Assembly (NCBI GenBank): GCA_965197905.1
Contig: CBDAOB010000003.1
Coordinates: 896,001 to 960,000 of the forward strand
Length of the DNA stretch: 64,000 bases
Source: Candidatus Latescibacterota bacterium
Lineage (GTDB): Bacteria; Latescibacterota; UBA2968; UBA8231
Reading direction: 5' to 3'
The notes under the pieces were generated by a model. That model had not been told where the DNA came from, did no database searches, and saw only the letters and a list, made by a program, of their open reading frames with translations. Positions 1 through 10,940 of the stretch are shown in pieces. Each line of letters starts with the position of its first letter. Position 1 is the stretch's first letter. The position numbers were made by a program, and so were the translations under genes.

Positions 1-192
1 GATGGCAACGAATTCAGCGGTGGGGGTGCTTCCGTCGGCGCCGGGTACGAGTTCAAAAAGAACTGGACCGTTGAAGCGGACTACAGCCTCGGCAGTCCCA
101 GTGAGGACAAGTCGCTGTTCGGAGAGAAGGTTCTCGAAGCGGAGGTGACCGGCGCCACCCTCGGGATCACGATCAATCATATCTGGTACTGA
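1..192 (+). CDS. Outer-membrane beta-barrel protein, C-terminal part (runs off window start)
   Basis: Frame +1 reads DGNEFSGGGASVGAGYEFKKNWTVEADY...TLGITINHIWY*: amphipathic beta-strands ending in an aromatic residue; stop at 190-192. Not in the ORF track. Confidence 0.7.
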   Translation, partial: DGNEFSGGGASVGAGYEFKKNWTVEADYSLGSPSEDKSLFGEKVLEAEVTGATLGITINHIWY

Positions 193-216
193 TTTCCGCC
201 GACCTGAGGATACCAC

Positions 217-1806
217 GTGACCCGGCTTGCCGATGTAAACACCACTGACATTCGAGATGCGATCCGCCTCGGCTGCCAGGCTATGGGCAAGGCCTTCAAC
301 TCGGACGACGGCGACATTCCGTACCGAGGCGCGTCCATCCGTCCCATCGCCAAGCTCGGCGGTAGCTCAGAATCCCACACGCCCGGTCGCCACCTTAATG
401 CCTTGCTCAACGCGGAGGACGCAGCGGGCATATCTATCGATGAGTCAGTCATCGAGAACCACACCCGGGCGGCGATGTACTCTTATTCCCGCGCACCCCT
501 GCCGCTACAACGGGTACGGGACCTAGAGGGGATGGGCTACGGAGAACCGGTTGAGCTGGAGGATCACGATCTTCGCGAAGGGTTCCACGCCCTCACGGCG
601 TTGGTCCGGTTCCGCGGCTCAGAGAAAGCCCGAGTTCTAGCAGAAGACAGCATTCAAGCTGTCCTCGACTACTGGATTCCAGATGAACGCTGGAACCTGG
701 AAGCTCTTCGAGAACAGTTTCAGATGACGGAGAGGAAGCCTGGCTACCAGACCTTCATCCAACGACTCGCCCGTTCAATCGGTCCCCTGGTCAAACTCTA
801 CAACGTCACCGCGCATCAACCGGCGCTCGATCTCGCGATCGCATTGAAGGAGAAGGCGATTCGGGAATTTTTCACCGAGGAGGGTGATTTTTCCACCGAG
901 CTGTTTGGCGCCCATGCGCATTCCACGACATGCGTCATGTCCTCTCTGGCGCAACTCGCCGATCTTACCGACGATCGAGTTCTGTTGCAGCGGGTGAAGT
1001 CGTTCTATGACAACGGGTTGTGGCAGATGCGGGATCAGGTCGGATGGTCCATCGAAAACACGCGGACCGAAGACAACTGCGGTCGTGGGGAAGCCAACAA
1101 TACGGGAGACATCGTGGAGACCGCTTTGCTCCTGGCGCGCAATGCAGATACGGATTATTACGCTGACGCCGAGCGCATTCTGCGCTCTCATCTGCTGCCC
1201 TCGCAGTTGCGTGACGTCTCCTTTGTGATCGAGCCGGACAATCCGAACGGTCTTGACGGATTGCGCAACGTAGCCGAGCGGCTCCGAGGCGGGTTTGGCT
1301 TTCCCGCCCAGTATGGCCACGAACCGGCCGGCATCTGGGAATCGAATAAGCCGCGCATCGATTTCAATCTGGATATTGTCGGTGGTGCCGTCGATTCCCT
1401 TTGCGCCGCCTATCGGGCAGTGACCCGATCGGACGAAACCGGTCACTGGATCAACATGCTATTCGATCACCAATCCCCGGATCTGGAGGTGCGGTCGCCC
1501 TATAGCCACAAACGGCTACAGGTGAGCCTCAAGCGGCCCGGACCGCTGCACGTGCGGGGCATACCTGGTCTGGCCGTCGCGCCGGTTGGCATCGATTCGT
1601 CTGATGTCCCGCGCCTCGAAAACGGTTCTCTGGTCATCGACGATCCGGACGTGGGCAAGTGGATCGAGTTCGAATGCGAATTGCCCATCCACGACGAGCT
1701 CTTGACCTGGGAGGGCACCGAAACCCGCGCCCGGTTCAGGGGTGATGAGGTGGTCGCCATGGAGAATTTTGGCACGGACCTGACCTTCTTCGAATCCCTG
1801 GACTGA
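217..1806 (+). CDS. Hypothetical glycoside-hydrolase-like protein, distantly GH127 (beta-L-arabinofuranosidase)-like (alpha/alpha)6 barrel
   Basis: 529-aa ORF, GTG start after GAGGA. Helical segments with HAHS, GEANNTGDIVE and YYADAERILRSHL resemble GH127-type proteins; beta-rich C-terminus. Confidence 0.5.
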   Translation: MTRLADVNTTDIRDAIRLGCQAMGKAFNSDDGDIPYRGASIRPIAKLGGSSESHTPGRHLNALLNAEDAAGISIDESVIENHTRAAMYSYSRAPLPLQRVRDLEGMGYGEPVELEDHDLREGFHALTALVRFRGSEKARVLAEDSIQAVLDYWIPDERWNLEALREQFQMTERKPGYQTFIQRLARSIGPLVKLYNVTAHQPALDLAIALKEKAIREFFTEEGDFSTELFGAHAHSTTCVMSSLAQLADLTDDRVLLQRVKSFYDNGLWQMRDQVGWSIENTRTEDNCGRGEANNTGDIVETALLLARNADTDYYADAERILRSHLLPSQLRDVSFVIEPDNPNGLDGLRNVAERLRGGFGFPAQYGHEPAGIWESNKPRIDFNLDIVGGAVDSLCAAYRAVTRSDETGHWINMLFDHQSPDLEVRSPYSHKRLQVSLKRPGPLHVRGIPGLAVAPVGIDSSDVPRLENGSLVIDDPDVGKWIEFECELPIHDELLTWEGTETRARFRGDEVVAMENFGTDLTFFESLD

Positions 1807-1808
1807 CC

Positions 1809-3701
1809 TTGCAATACCGGATTCCACAGCAGGTCTATCCCGAAGATCCAAGACTCAATCAGAGCGGAGACGACCGTCCAAACACCGGGCTGCGCGAGGG
1901 CAACATTCCGCACAGCGAAGTCAACGACACCATCCGCACCTGCGCGAAAACCGTGATCTTCGGACAGCAGACGCGTTTGCGGAACGGCGAGCTCCTGCCC
2001 GATCAAAAGCTGCCCCGTTTCCACGCGGGCCACGATCTGGTCAAATTCTTTTATAGCGCCGTGCGTCAATTACCGCCCTATCTAATCGATGCCCTGCTGG
2101 AGAACAATGTCAGTGTCACGCTGGTCCAAGGCCCCTCGTTGCTGGTATTCCACGATTCCCGTGAGCACCAGTCATTCCACATGGGCCGCACCCGTAGGAC
2201 ACTCTACATCCCCGAAAAAATATTGCGAGAGGCCGCCGACAAAGGGTACGATTATTGGGCGATCAGTGAGGTTCTCATCCAGGAATCGTTGCCGCTACTC
2301 AATTACATTCTACTCTTGGAGACCATCCGTCGGATTCAAGAACATCTCAAGATCCATCTCACCATCGGGTATTACATCATCGCGGATACGCTCCGACGCT
2401 TCAACCACCATCTGGTCGACAACGAGGAGAAGGACGAGGACGAGTTTCGCATCTTCTTTCGCTACTACGCGGACGCCCTCTACAGCTTGAAACCATCGGA
2501 TCTTAAACGGGATCCGTATCTCATAGTCGACGACATGATCGACGAAAAGCGCGAGCGTTTCTGGGCCCAGCTCAAGCTGCATGACATCTGCGACGTCTAC
2601 CGCTATCCCACCTACTTCGCCGTCGACCGGGACATCTGCCACGGCGCCGCGTTTCGATTGGCTCGAGAAATCTCGTTGCCTCTTGAACCGGAGACCATCG
2701 ACGATGTGATGCACGATCTTTGGGATGAGGGTCGTTTCAAGCTCAGTCGTTCAGTCAAGACCGAAGAACTGTTGGAGCAGCTCATCCGAATTGGTGCCGA
2801 TGGGATTACCGCATTCGTGGCGGTGGTAGCTGAAGAGATCGTCGGGGGTTACGCTTACGTTACGGCCAACCGCATGGATGGCTTCAACATTGCCGCGGGG
2901 TTCAAACGCATGCTGCAGTCGTATTCCACCACCCGCCGTGCGGATCTTCCAGGTTGTCTAGGATTTCACTTCAAGGCGCTTACGGAATATTTTATGGAGC
3001 AAAAGCGGTACGAATTCTTCGAGCACTTCAAGGAGATGGAGCCGCGAGCGCAAGAAGAGAACCTGGTGGAGATACGTCAGCTACTCTACCGTGTCATAGA
3101 AGTACGGCTGCGCCCTTCTCAGGCTCCCGACTTCAAGCGCCGGGTGGAGCTTGCGGACAGTGCCCGGGTTCTAATCGACACCGGGGAGGGATTGCTTCGA
3201 AAACCGGAGGAGAAGCAGGCCACGATAGCGATCTGCGGTCTGCTGGCCAAACTCGATCGCCACCCGCTCTATCATACGCTATTGCTTGAACAGTTCCGCG
3301 AGCTGTCCGGAAATGACGCGGTGGTCCTGAAGGAGCATCTTGCCCCGGAAATAGAGCGACTTGCCGAGTACCTACCCTCGCCCCTCCACGACTACAGCGC
3401 AGATCCACACGGTGTCACCTCCCGTTACCGAAAATTCGAAGAGGTGCGCCGATTCGATCCGAACAGTGCGGAGCTCTTGGAGCTGCTGGCGGCACTATTC
3501 GTGCGACTCGATCGGGCGGAAAACTACGACGAGCTGGTGGAACAAACCCGAGCTCTTGGAGAATACGCGGTGCCGGCGTTGCAGGAGGTTGTCGAGAATA
3601 CCGATCTCTTTGGCGACAACCTCCGGGGGGGGATTCGCGACCAGTGCAAGGAGCTGTTGGATGAGCTGTCGGCCCGGGAGCCGACGGCGCAGGCGAACTA
3701 G
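1809..3701 (+). CDS. Conserved hypothetical protein (unrecognised family; paralogue of 53646-55802)
   Basis: 630-aa ORF starting 2 nt after the upstream stop; long near-identical blocks shared with the ORF at 53646 (KLPRFHxGHDLVKFFYS, HQSFHxGRTR, KGYDYWAISEV). Confidence 0.8.
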   Translation: MQYRIPQQVYPEDPRLNQSGDDRPNTGLREGNIPHSEVNDTIRTCAKTVIFGQQTRLRNGELLPDQKLPRFHAGHDLVKFFYSAVRQLPPYLIDALLENNVSVTLVQGPSLLVFHDSREHQSFHMGRTRRTLYIPEKILREAADKGYDYWAISEVLIQESLPLLNYILLLETIRRIQEHLKIHLTIGYYIIADTLRRFNHHLVDNEEKDEDEFRIFFRYYADALYSLKPSDLKRDPYLIVDDMIDEKRERFWAQLKLHDICDVYRYPTYFAVDRDICHGAAFRLAREISLPLEPETIDDVMHDLWDEGRFKLSRSVKTEELLEQLIRIGADGITAFVAVVAEEIVGGYAYVTANRMDGFNIAAGFKRMLQSYSTTRRADLPGCLGFHFKALTEYFMEQKRYEFFEHFKEMEPRAQEENLVEIRQLLYRVIEVRLRPSQAPDFKRRVELADSARVLIDTGEGLLRKPEEKQATIAICGLLAKLDRHPLYHTLLLEQFRELSGNDAVVLKEHLAPEIERLAEYLPSPLHDYSADPHGVTSRYRKFEEVRRFDPNSAELLELLAALFVRLDRAENYDELVEQTRALGEYAVPALQEVVENTDLFGDNLRGGIRDQCKELLDELSAREPTAQAN

Positions 3702-4450
3702 CAGGCCGTCGCTGTGGCTCTTACTTGACCTACGCATCGGCGCAGCGCCGGGACCGGGTCCTTCACATCCCCTTCATATTCGATCACCACATATCCGACC
3801 TTGGCATTCGATTCGAGGTGTTCCGTTAAGCCGCCGAGATCGAGATTTCCCGTTCCCACCACCACGTCCTCCGGAACACGGCCGCGATCGAAAACGAAGT
3901 CCTTGATATGCACGCCGTAGAGCCGGTCGCCAAAGTGCTCAGCCAGCGCGAGCGGATCCTCGCCGGCGTCCAGGGCCCAGGCAGTGTCGAGGCAGAATCC
4001 AATGCGCTCGGAGGAAGCTGAAAAGAGGTAGTCGAGCATCTGTTTCGATCCCAGCCAATGGCGGCCACCATGGTTGTGCACGCAAAGATGGAGATCGTAA
4101 TCCTCCGCCATCTCTGTCGCCGTCTGCCAGCTGGCGGGAGAGGAATCGGGCAGAAAGTGGACACTTATGAAACTAGCTCCGGCGAGTCGAGCGAACTCGA
4201 AAATGGGGCGCTCCACCTCGCGGTCGCCACGCAGGGTTTCGACCCCGATGCTGACGATCTCGATGCCGGCCTTGTGGTATTCATCCACGACGCCCTGATG
4301 AGAATCCACATCGTCGAAGTCGGTGTGTACTCGGCATAGCTCGACAGCGGCAACTTCACACCGTTTTAGACCGTCGATCACTTCTGGGTGGGTTGAAAAA
4401 CCTCGAAAACAATAACTCTGGATGCCCAGCTGTTTGGATATGGATTTCAC
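3698..4450 (-). CDS. Sugar phosphate isomerase/epimerase (AP endonuclease 2-type TIM barrel)
   Basis: LGIQSYCFR start, VHNHG, CLDTAW, VHIKD and IEYEG metal-binding motifs. Confidence 0.85.
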   Translation of the reverse strand: MKSISKQLGIQSYCFRGFSTHPEVIDGLKRCEVAAVELCRVHTDFDDVDSHQGVVDEYHKAGIEIVSIGVETLRGDREVERPIFEFARLAGASFISVHFLPDSSPASWQTATEMAEDYDLHLCVHNHGGRHWLGSKQMLDYLFSASSERIGFCLDTAWALDAGEDPLALAEHFGDRLYGVHIKDFVFDRGRVPEDVVVGTGNLDLGGLTEHLESNAKVGYVVIEYEGDVKDPVPALRRCVGQVRATATAC

Positions 4451-4454
4451 GAAC

Positions 4455-6544
4455 TCACTTTTTCTCCGGTAAGATTTTTGTTGCTGAAGTCTGAGGATTC
4501 GAGTGGCCCCAGTAGGTGCGAAGGATGTTGGAGGCTGCGTTCGCCTGAATGCCTCGTGTCACAAGATTTCGTAGGTCATTGGCGCCGCCGATCTGTTCCC
4601 CTTCGAGTGCTCCGTGGATCTCAACGGCTTCAGAATAGGTATTCTCTGCCCGTTCAACATCTCCCAAGGCGAGATAGCTGAGGGCCAGGTTGAAATGCGC
4701 ATGGCTACTGGGGGTTGATTGCAGTACCTGGCGAAACTGGCCGATGGCACCTTCCAGATTCCCCGCTTCGAAGAACGACCAGCCTAGGTTGACGCGGGCC
4801 TTGACATTGGCAGGGTCCCACCTCAGGGCTTGGGCAAAGGCATCTACAGCCGCCTTCTGGTCATTCTGCAGCCAATATTTAACGCCGAGCTGGACGTAAG
4901 CCTGCCCAAGCGCGCGCCGCGTCATCGCTCGCTGAGGAGCGTAATGCAATGCTTGTGTCAACGCGCGTACAGCCCGACGAGGTTGATCGTATCGGGAATA
5001 CCCGACGCCCATATTGTAATACGCGGCCGACAGATTGCGATCGAAATCTATCGCGAAACCAGCTGTCTGTGCCCGTCTCGAGGTCGAATCGATCCACGCT
5101 CTCCAATGAGCACTGTCGGGACTTGAAGTTTCCAAAAGATAAACGGCGCCCAGGGCCGTCAGCCACAAATTGTCGGGAAAACGATCGGTAGCTTTCTGCA
5201 GGACGGGTCCCGGGTCATCACCCAAATAGAGAAGGGCATAGGACAACCTCGCGTAAGCGTCTGCCAGGGGAATCGTCGACGGGCTATGGTTAACTGCACG
5301 GCGCAGTTGCTGCGCCCCGAGGGCATTGTCACCATTGCTGATGTAACTGCGCCCCGATGTATACAACCCTAAAGCTTCCACCCGCTTGAGGCTCTCGAAG
5401 CTCGACACCATGAGGATGAAATAACACAACATGATCGCCGGTTGATAGAGCCGTCCGACCTTCGAAAACAAATATCGCAAGAGCCAAGCGAGGAGAACGG
5501 AGGTTCCGGCACTGGCGCCGTATAGATAGCGAGACGGTCCCGAGGGCAGGTCGAGCACGATTCGTTCGTTGAGCAGCGAAAACGGCAACAGACTCAGCAG
5601 CACCCACAACGCCCAGAGGCGGAGTCCGTGGTTTCCTCGAGTGACCAACGGAATCAACAGCACCACCAGCAGCCCGAAGCCGACGTAGAGTTCCCAGGGG
5701 TGCCGCGTATAGAGGGCCATGGGAACCCAGTGCGCGGTGGTAACCAGCCGACTCAACAACCACAGTAGAACACCGGTCGCCCCTCCGATGGTGGAACTCG
5801 AGCTCTTCGCCGAATAGCCGTACGACTCTATGGCCTGCCAAGTGCTGGTCTCGTCGGCCGCCCAAAGGAGCCCGAGTAAGATTGCGGGTACACTTACGCA
5901 TCCGCCCCACGCGAAAAGACGAAGAGACCCTCGGACGTCGCCCCGCCGCTGCCAGTACCAGAAGGCGCAAAGCGGCCAGACGACAGCTGCGGACAGGTGC
6001 GAGAGGGTGCCGAGGGCGAGGCATGCCAGCCACGGACCCCTCCACAACGGTCGATTCTCAAATACCAGAACCCGAACGAAATCAGGAAAGCCAGGGCCAA
6101 CGATAGCGCCAGCGGATAGTCCATCGCCGAGATGTACTGCACCGCCTGGAAATGACCGACGTTCACGAAAAAAAGCAACGCGGCGCACCAGCTGAAGTCC
6201 CGGCTTTCCCCTAACTGCCGAATCCAAACGGCAAGTAGCACTGTCGCCAAGCCATGCAAACATACCGACAACAGGTGGAACCACTTGGGATCGTTCCCGA
6301 AGGCGAGAAACGCAAGCCACTTCGTCAGCTCGGCGGTTGGCCTTCCTGATGGAACCTCCTTCTCCGAAGAGAAGAAAAAGGAGAAATCATTGCTGATGGC
6401 GACATTGTCGCGAAATGTTTCCGCATCGTGAGTGTCGAGGAGGTGATCGGCCAGTGCGCCGAAATAGATCCATCCGCAAGCGCCAACCGCGATCAGGAAT
6501 GGAAGACAATAAAGGTAGGCAGATTTTCTTGGACTTTTGGTCAC
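4455..6544 (-). CDS. Multi-pass membrane protein with C-terminal TPR repeats (TMTC/GT-C-like architecture); frameshift near 6060-6085
   Basis: The N-terminal ORF 5894-6544 (DTHD loop, GRP, hydrophobic helices) continues in the frame of 4455-6320 (TM helices, SRYLY, TPRs such as AYYNMG, ARVNLG, AHFNLA). Confidence 0.75.
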
Positions 6545-6588
6545 GACGCATTCTTAGACGAGGAAGAGCACACCTCTGGTACAAGCTC

Positions 6589-8268
6589 TTACTTCCAGGC
6601 GTGAGTCGCAATGTCCAGCCGGAGCTTACTCTTCGAGCGAAGTCGCAGCTGTGCCGTGTCAAACACGACAGGTGAGGTAGCGGACTCGCCCCTTTTCTCC
6701 ACGACTATTTCCAGCCGATTTTCACCGCGTTTTACCTGCCCGGCATCGAGGTGTCCTTCCAGCCATTGACCCTGTTGTGGATTCCTTCCTGGATCCGCGG
6801 GTTCAAGACCATCGATCGACACTCCGTTCAGTTTCACTGCGATGTCATCACCAGGAACGTGATTCCACAGGTGGATGCGGAAATCGGTGCTGTGAGAGCG
6901 GGCAGCACTCACATCCTCGCCCACCTGAAAGCCGACGGCAAAGGAGACGCCAGGCTCCAGGTCCACTTCCTCCACGTGATGGAAGCTGCTTTCGCCTTCG
7001 AACCGGTCGACGCCATAGATACGGTCCTTTCCCGCCATCGTCTCCACCTCGCCGATCTCGAACCACCACTGGGGTTCGCCGAGGGCCGGGTTGAAGATGT
7101 AGAGCCCATCGGCGCCGGCGTTGAACAAGTTCATGGCAGCGCCGCGCCAGGAAGGAAAGGTGCCCTCCCACGCATTGAATACCAGGATGTACGACGGTAA
7201 GCCCGTGCGGTCCACCTGCCCCCCGTACAGGGTTTCGAGCCAATCGGCGTACTGACGGAAGCGGCCGTCATTGTGATCCAGGTACACCCAGCGATCCCAG
7301 AATGCCCACGAGATGCACGGGTAGACAGGAATCTCGTACTTGTGTCCCAACTCGATAATCTCGGTATAGGAATCGCGAAAGACCGACTCTTGGCTGCCGC
7401 CGGGGCAGAACTGGTCGATCAAATCTTCCTTCAGCCAGGTCTCAAGATCGACCCCGGCGTGGATGCAGTCCTCCAAGCTGAACGGCGTGTGGGCGGACAG
7501 CAGCAAGGGGCGGCCACGACGTTCGCCTACTTCGTCAGCCATGCGCCGGATGCGGCGCAAGAGATCGTTCATTATCTCCATGTGCTCTGGGGTGACCGGA
7601 TCTCCGCCCAGCGACTCGCGGAAGAACGGCCAGTATTTGAAGAACTCCATGCCGATAAGGTCCACATCGTAGTTCTGAGCCACCTCCTCGATGATGGCGA
7701 AGATGTGCTCGCGCACCTCCGGCTTGGCGAAATCCAATCGCGTCCATTGCCCGTGCAAGCGGTGTTGACCGTGCTTCTCCCAGGCGCCTTCCTCACCCAT
7801 CAAACAGTCGGGATGCTCTCGTTTGAACGGCGCGATCCCGTAGGTCCAGCGGCGGCTTCCAGGCGGAAAGGCGTCGTGGACATCGTTCATACGCAGGCAC
7901 CATGCGGCTTCCATGCCGTGCTCGCGGCTGAAGTCCAGCTGAATCTCGAGGGTGTCGCGCCCGTACTTCTCCACCAGCTCCAACGGAACTTCTTTGCCGT
8001 AAAAGCCACCGAGCTTGGTGTGATGGGAGAAGGTCAAACCGGCCATGGCGCTGGCGAACCAGTTGCTGTCCACCTGCGACCCGATCAGGGGGGTGCTGCG
8101 GGCGTCGAGGAAATCCTGAACCAGGTCTCCACTCGAGCGCACCATGAGGGATTCGGCGACGTCGTGCCCGTGCTCGACTCCGGAGCGGGCTTCCAACGCA
8201 TCGTCGCCGTCGTTGTTGTAAATAATCCGGCGTCTCCGCCAGCGTGCTTTCTCTCGTGCCGCGTCCAT
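6589..8268 (-). CDS. Glycoside-hydrolase-like TIM-barrel protein (GHL10/DUF187-like)
   Basis: RRIIYNNDG, RMNDVH, FKREHP, LDFAKPEVR, YDVDLIGMEF and GADGLYIFN motifs; C-terminal beta-sandwich. Confidence 0.65.
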   Translation of the reverse strand: MDAAREKARWRRRRIIYNNDGDDALEARSGVEHGHDVAESLMVRSSGDLVQDFLDARSTPLIGSQVDSNWFASAMAGLTFSHHTKLGGFYGKEVPLELVEKYGRDTLEIQLDFSREHGMEAAWCLRMNDVHDAFPPGSRRWTYGIAPFKREHPDCLMGEEGAWEKHGQHRLHGQWTRLDFAKPEVREHIFAIIEEVAQNYDVDLIGMEFFKYWPFFRESLGGDPVTPEHMEIMNDLLRRIRRMADEVGERRGRPLLLSAHTPFSLEDCIHAGVDLETWLKEDLIDQFCPGGSQESVFRDSYTEIIELGHKYEIPVYPCISWAFWDRWVYLDHNDGRFRQYADWLETLYGGQVDRTGLPSYILVFNAWEGTFPSWRGAAMNLFNAGADGLYIFNPALGEPQWWFEIGEVETMAGKDRIYGVDRFEGESSFHHVEEVDLEPGVSFAVGFQVGEDVSAARSHSTDFRIHLWNHVPGDDIAVKLNGVSIDGLEPADPGRNPQQGQWLEGHLDAGQVKRGENRLEIVVEKRGESATSPVVFDTAQLRLRSKSKLRLDIATHAWK

Positions 8269-8294
8269 TTATTCAGCTCCCTTCGCCGTCGCCT

Positions 8295-9206
8295 TCAGGA
8301 CGGCATTTCCAGTTTTTCCGGGTCGATAACGCACCACTTGTGCCGGCCGCCACGACCGGCGCCGTCGAGCAGCTCGGGGCTCGTAACAACGGTCCCGAAT
8401 TCGAGTGGGGTCATGAAGTCGGTTTCCCCTTCCGGCGTCCGGAAGATGTTGTAGTCCTCGTGCGCCTCCTCCTGCGCAAGATCCGCTAAATCGCGCATGC
8501 GAAAACGCCGCACGGCGCTGTTGCCTATCGCCGCCAGACCGACCCGGCCCCGATCCTCGAGCATGCGGCCGAGGCGGTTGAAGTCGGGATGGCGCGAGCC
8601 GTAGTATCCTCCATCACTAGGTTTGGGCTGGTAATCGATCATCGGTTGCTCGTAGACAGTTCCATCGTCGCGGCGCACCTTCGCAGTCATGTCGATGGTA
8701 TGCCGGTAGGGCACATCGCAGAGAAATTCGGCGAAGTGATGGCTTGTGGAGCTGGCGTAGGTCAACCCCAGCATGACCACCTGCGTTCCCAACCCCAGCA
8801 TTACACCGAAACAGGAGCGGGGGTCGAACGCGGAATTCGCGGGGTCAACCTGGGTTATGACTTCGGCCCTGCGACCGATGGCAGCGAAGCTATGTCGATA
8901 CGCGGTGCTGCGCAGCGCTTTGGGCCGGCGACGCGCTGCTTCTGTGATGGCGCCCATCTCTGATGGATCCGAGGCGGGATCGATAATCGGATCCTCTTCG
9001 CCTTCGTGGGCAAAGGTGAACGTGGGAACGATCAATGTACCGCGCTCGCCAAGAATCTCGAGCAAGACATCTACAACGGTGTCGGCACCGCCCTCGACAC
9101 GACCCATGGTGCGCATCGCCGTATGCACCAGTACCGTATCGCCCTCCTGCAGGCCGAGGCGACGGAAGCCCTCGGCGATTTCACTGCGTGTCAGTTCCCT
9201 TGCCAT
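8295..9206 (-). CDS. AAC(3)/YokD-family N-acetyltransferase
   Basis: LGLQEGDTVLVH, GTLIVPTFT, MGAITE, HSFAAIG and HHFAE motifs; ATG at 9206 (MARELT) after GGAG. Confidence 0.85.
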   Translation of the reverse strand: MARELTRSEIAEGFRRLGLQEGDTVLVHTAMRTMGRVEGGADTVVDVLLEILGERGTLIVPTFTFAHEGEEDPIIDPASDPSEMGAITEAARRRPKALRSTAYRHSFAAIGRRAEVITQVDPANSAFDPRSCFGVMLGLGTQVVMLGLTYASSTSHHFAEFLCDVPYRHTIDMTAKVRRDDGTVYEQPMIDYQPKPSDGGYYGSRHPDFNRLGRMLEDRGRVGLAAIGNSAVRRFRMRDLADLAQEEAHEDYNIFRTPEGETDFMTPLEFGTVVTSPELLDGAGRGGRHKWCVIDPEKLEMPS

Positions 9207-9414
9207 ATCCGAACTCCGTGCTCCAATACCAAGACAGATGGGGGCGGAAACTATCAAAGCTGTGCGGGGCCTGCAACTACAGCGAAGGCCAATCATTTGG
9301 AATCCGCAAAGGTGGATTGCTATTATCTTGGTTCAATCGGCCGCCATGGTTCGCACTTCGTTTATCCTCGCGATCGGCCGAGGGACCCATTCCATCGCAG
9401 ATAGGAGAGCAACA

Positions 9415-10938
9415 GTGAGTAACAATGGCCCTACCCTTAAACCGTTCGTCGACTGGTATGAGATCTGGCCCGGTCAGGCCGGCAGGAGGACGGATGACGA
9501 CGGCAGCTGGCTGCAGGATCCTCCCGAGGGTGTCAGGCTCTCGATTCAGGAGGCACGCCGGTCGGAGCCGATCGTGCGGGCCAAAAAACCGTGGGAGGTG
9601 GATTCGGTCGTCTACCCCTGTGTGATCCACGAAAATGGTCGCTATCGCATGTGGCACTGGTCACAGACGAAGGAGGGCCGGTTCAACTGTTATCAGGAAA
9701 GCGGCGATGGCATGAACTGGGAGCGGCCAGAATTGGGATTGGTCGAATTTCGGGGTTCTACCGCCAATAACCTGATCTCAAGCCACGAAGAGTTTGAGAT
9801 CGATTCCGTCTTTGTCGACCCGACGGCCGGTCCGGAGGAGCGTTACAAAGCGATCTGCCCCAAAACGATCTTCTTTCGCGATGGTGTTCTGGACCCCGAC
9901 ATGGACTGGCCCAAGTTCCGCGAGCTCGGGCAGCAGACCGGAGCCGCAAGCGACCCTACCCGCAATACGATGACCGAGGTCCGCGAACAGTTCGGGGTCT
10001 GGAGGGACAATGTGGTGCTCGGCGCCGTTTCCGCGGATGGTCTGCGCTGGCGTCTTCTGGAGGACCCGCTGGTGAACGTCGGGAGCACGCCGCTGGACAC
10101 GCAAAACGTCGCGGCATTCAACCCTGACACCGGTGAATACCTAGCGTTTCTTCGGGGATTTCCAGAGGAGCCGGAGTACGGTGTTCGCGGACGCCGGGTA
10201 TTGCGTCGGACCGGGGGCAAGGAGTTCGGAAACTGGCATGAGCCGCGGTTTGTGCTGGCCGCCGATCCTCAGGATCCGCCGACCGACGATATATATACGC
10301 CGGCGTACTGTCGCTACCCGGGTGTACCCGGACTCTATCTGATGTTCCCGTCGATCTACCACCGCCTCGATTCGGAGCTCGACGTGCAGCTGGCGATCAG
10401 CCGCGACGGCTGGAGCTGGGCTCGTCCCGAGCGCCGGCCGATCATCACGAGAGAAAGCGGTGACAGCGAGTACGGCATGATCCACGCCGGCCCCAATCTG
10501 GTTCCCTTGAACGACGACGAGTGGGCGGTGGCGTACGACGGACGGTATGGTCGGCACGATCACGGAACTCCGGACGCGCCGTGTGAGATTCGTTGGGCTA
10601 TCTGGCAACGCAACCGACTCGTCGCCCTGGAGGCACCGGTGGAAGGGCGGGTGACCACCATAGGCCGGCCTTGCCACGGCAGCGAGCTGCGCATCAACTT
10701 CCGCACTCAAAGGGCAGGCTGGGTAAAGCTCGAACTGGTTACGCCCCCAACTTTGCCAATTAGCGAGACCAAGGTGCTGGAAGGGTTCAGCGCAGCCGAG
10801 ATGGAGACGCTGACCGGAGACGAGCTCGATAGAGTGGTGACCTGGAACGGAAAGAGCGATCTGTCTGCGTTGAGGGGGATGACGATCTCGGTGCGTCTGC
10901 AGATGGCGCGGGCCGAGGTGTTCTCCCTGGAGTTTTAA
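9415..10938 (+). CDS. Five-bladed beta-propeller glycoside-hydrolase-like protein (GH32/43-like clan)
   Basis: GTG at 9415 after AGGAGAG; Asp-box-like SxDGxxW repeats, WERPELGLVEF, VFVDP...ERYK; C-terminal beta-domain. Confidence 0.7.
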   Translation: MSNNGPTLKPFVDWYEIWPGQAGRRTDDDGSWLQDPPEGVRLSIQEARRSEPIVRAKKPWEVDSVVYPCVIHENGRYRMWHWSQTKEGRFNCYQESGDGMNWERPELGLVEFRGSTANNLISSHEEFEIDSVFVDPTAGPEERYKAICPKTIFFRDGVLDPDMDWPKFRELGQQTGAASDPTRNTMTEVREQFGVWRDNVVLGAVSADGLRWRLLEDPLVNVGSTPLDTQNVAAFNPDTGEYLAFLRGFPEEPEYGVRGRRVLRRTGGKEFGNWHEPRFVLAADPQDPPTDDIYTPAYCRYPGVPGLYLMFPSIYHRLDSELDVQLAISRDGWSWARPERRPIITRESGDSEYGMIHAGPNLVPLNDDEWAVAYDGRYGRHDHGTPDAPCEIRWAIWQRNRLVALEAPVEGRVTTIGRPCHGSELRINFRTQRAGWVKLELVTPPTLPISETKVLEGFSAAEMETLTGDELDRVVTWNGKSDLSALRGMTISVRLQMARAEVFSLEF

Positions 10939-10940
10939 GA

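Noticed and set aside
7273..8454. Long antisense ORFs (this one, also 32163-33254, 36192-37376, 41027-42307, 45120-46163, 56211-57272)
   Set aside because: Shadow frames opposite well-supported genes, expected from high-GC codon bias; no recognisable motifs.
8295..9206. AAC(3) gene as an aminoglycoside-resistance determinant
   Set aside because: The family includes many non-resistance YokD-like enzymes; no mobile or resistance context, and it sits among catabolic genes.
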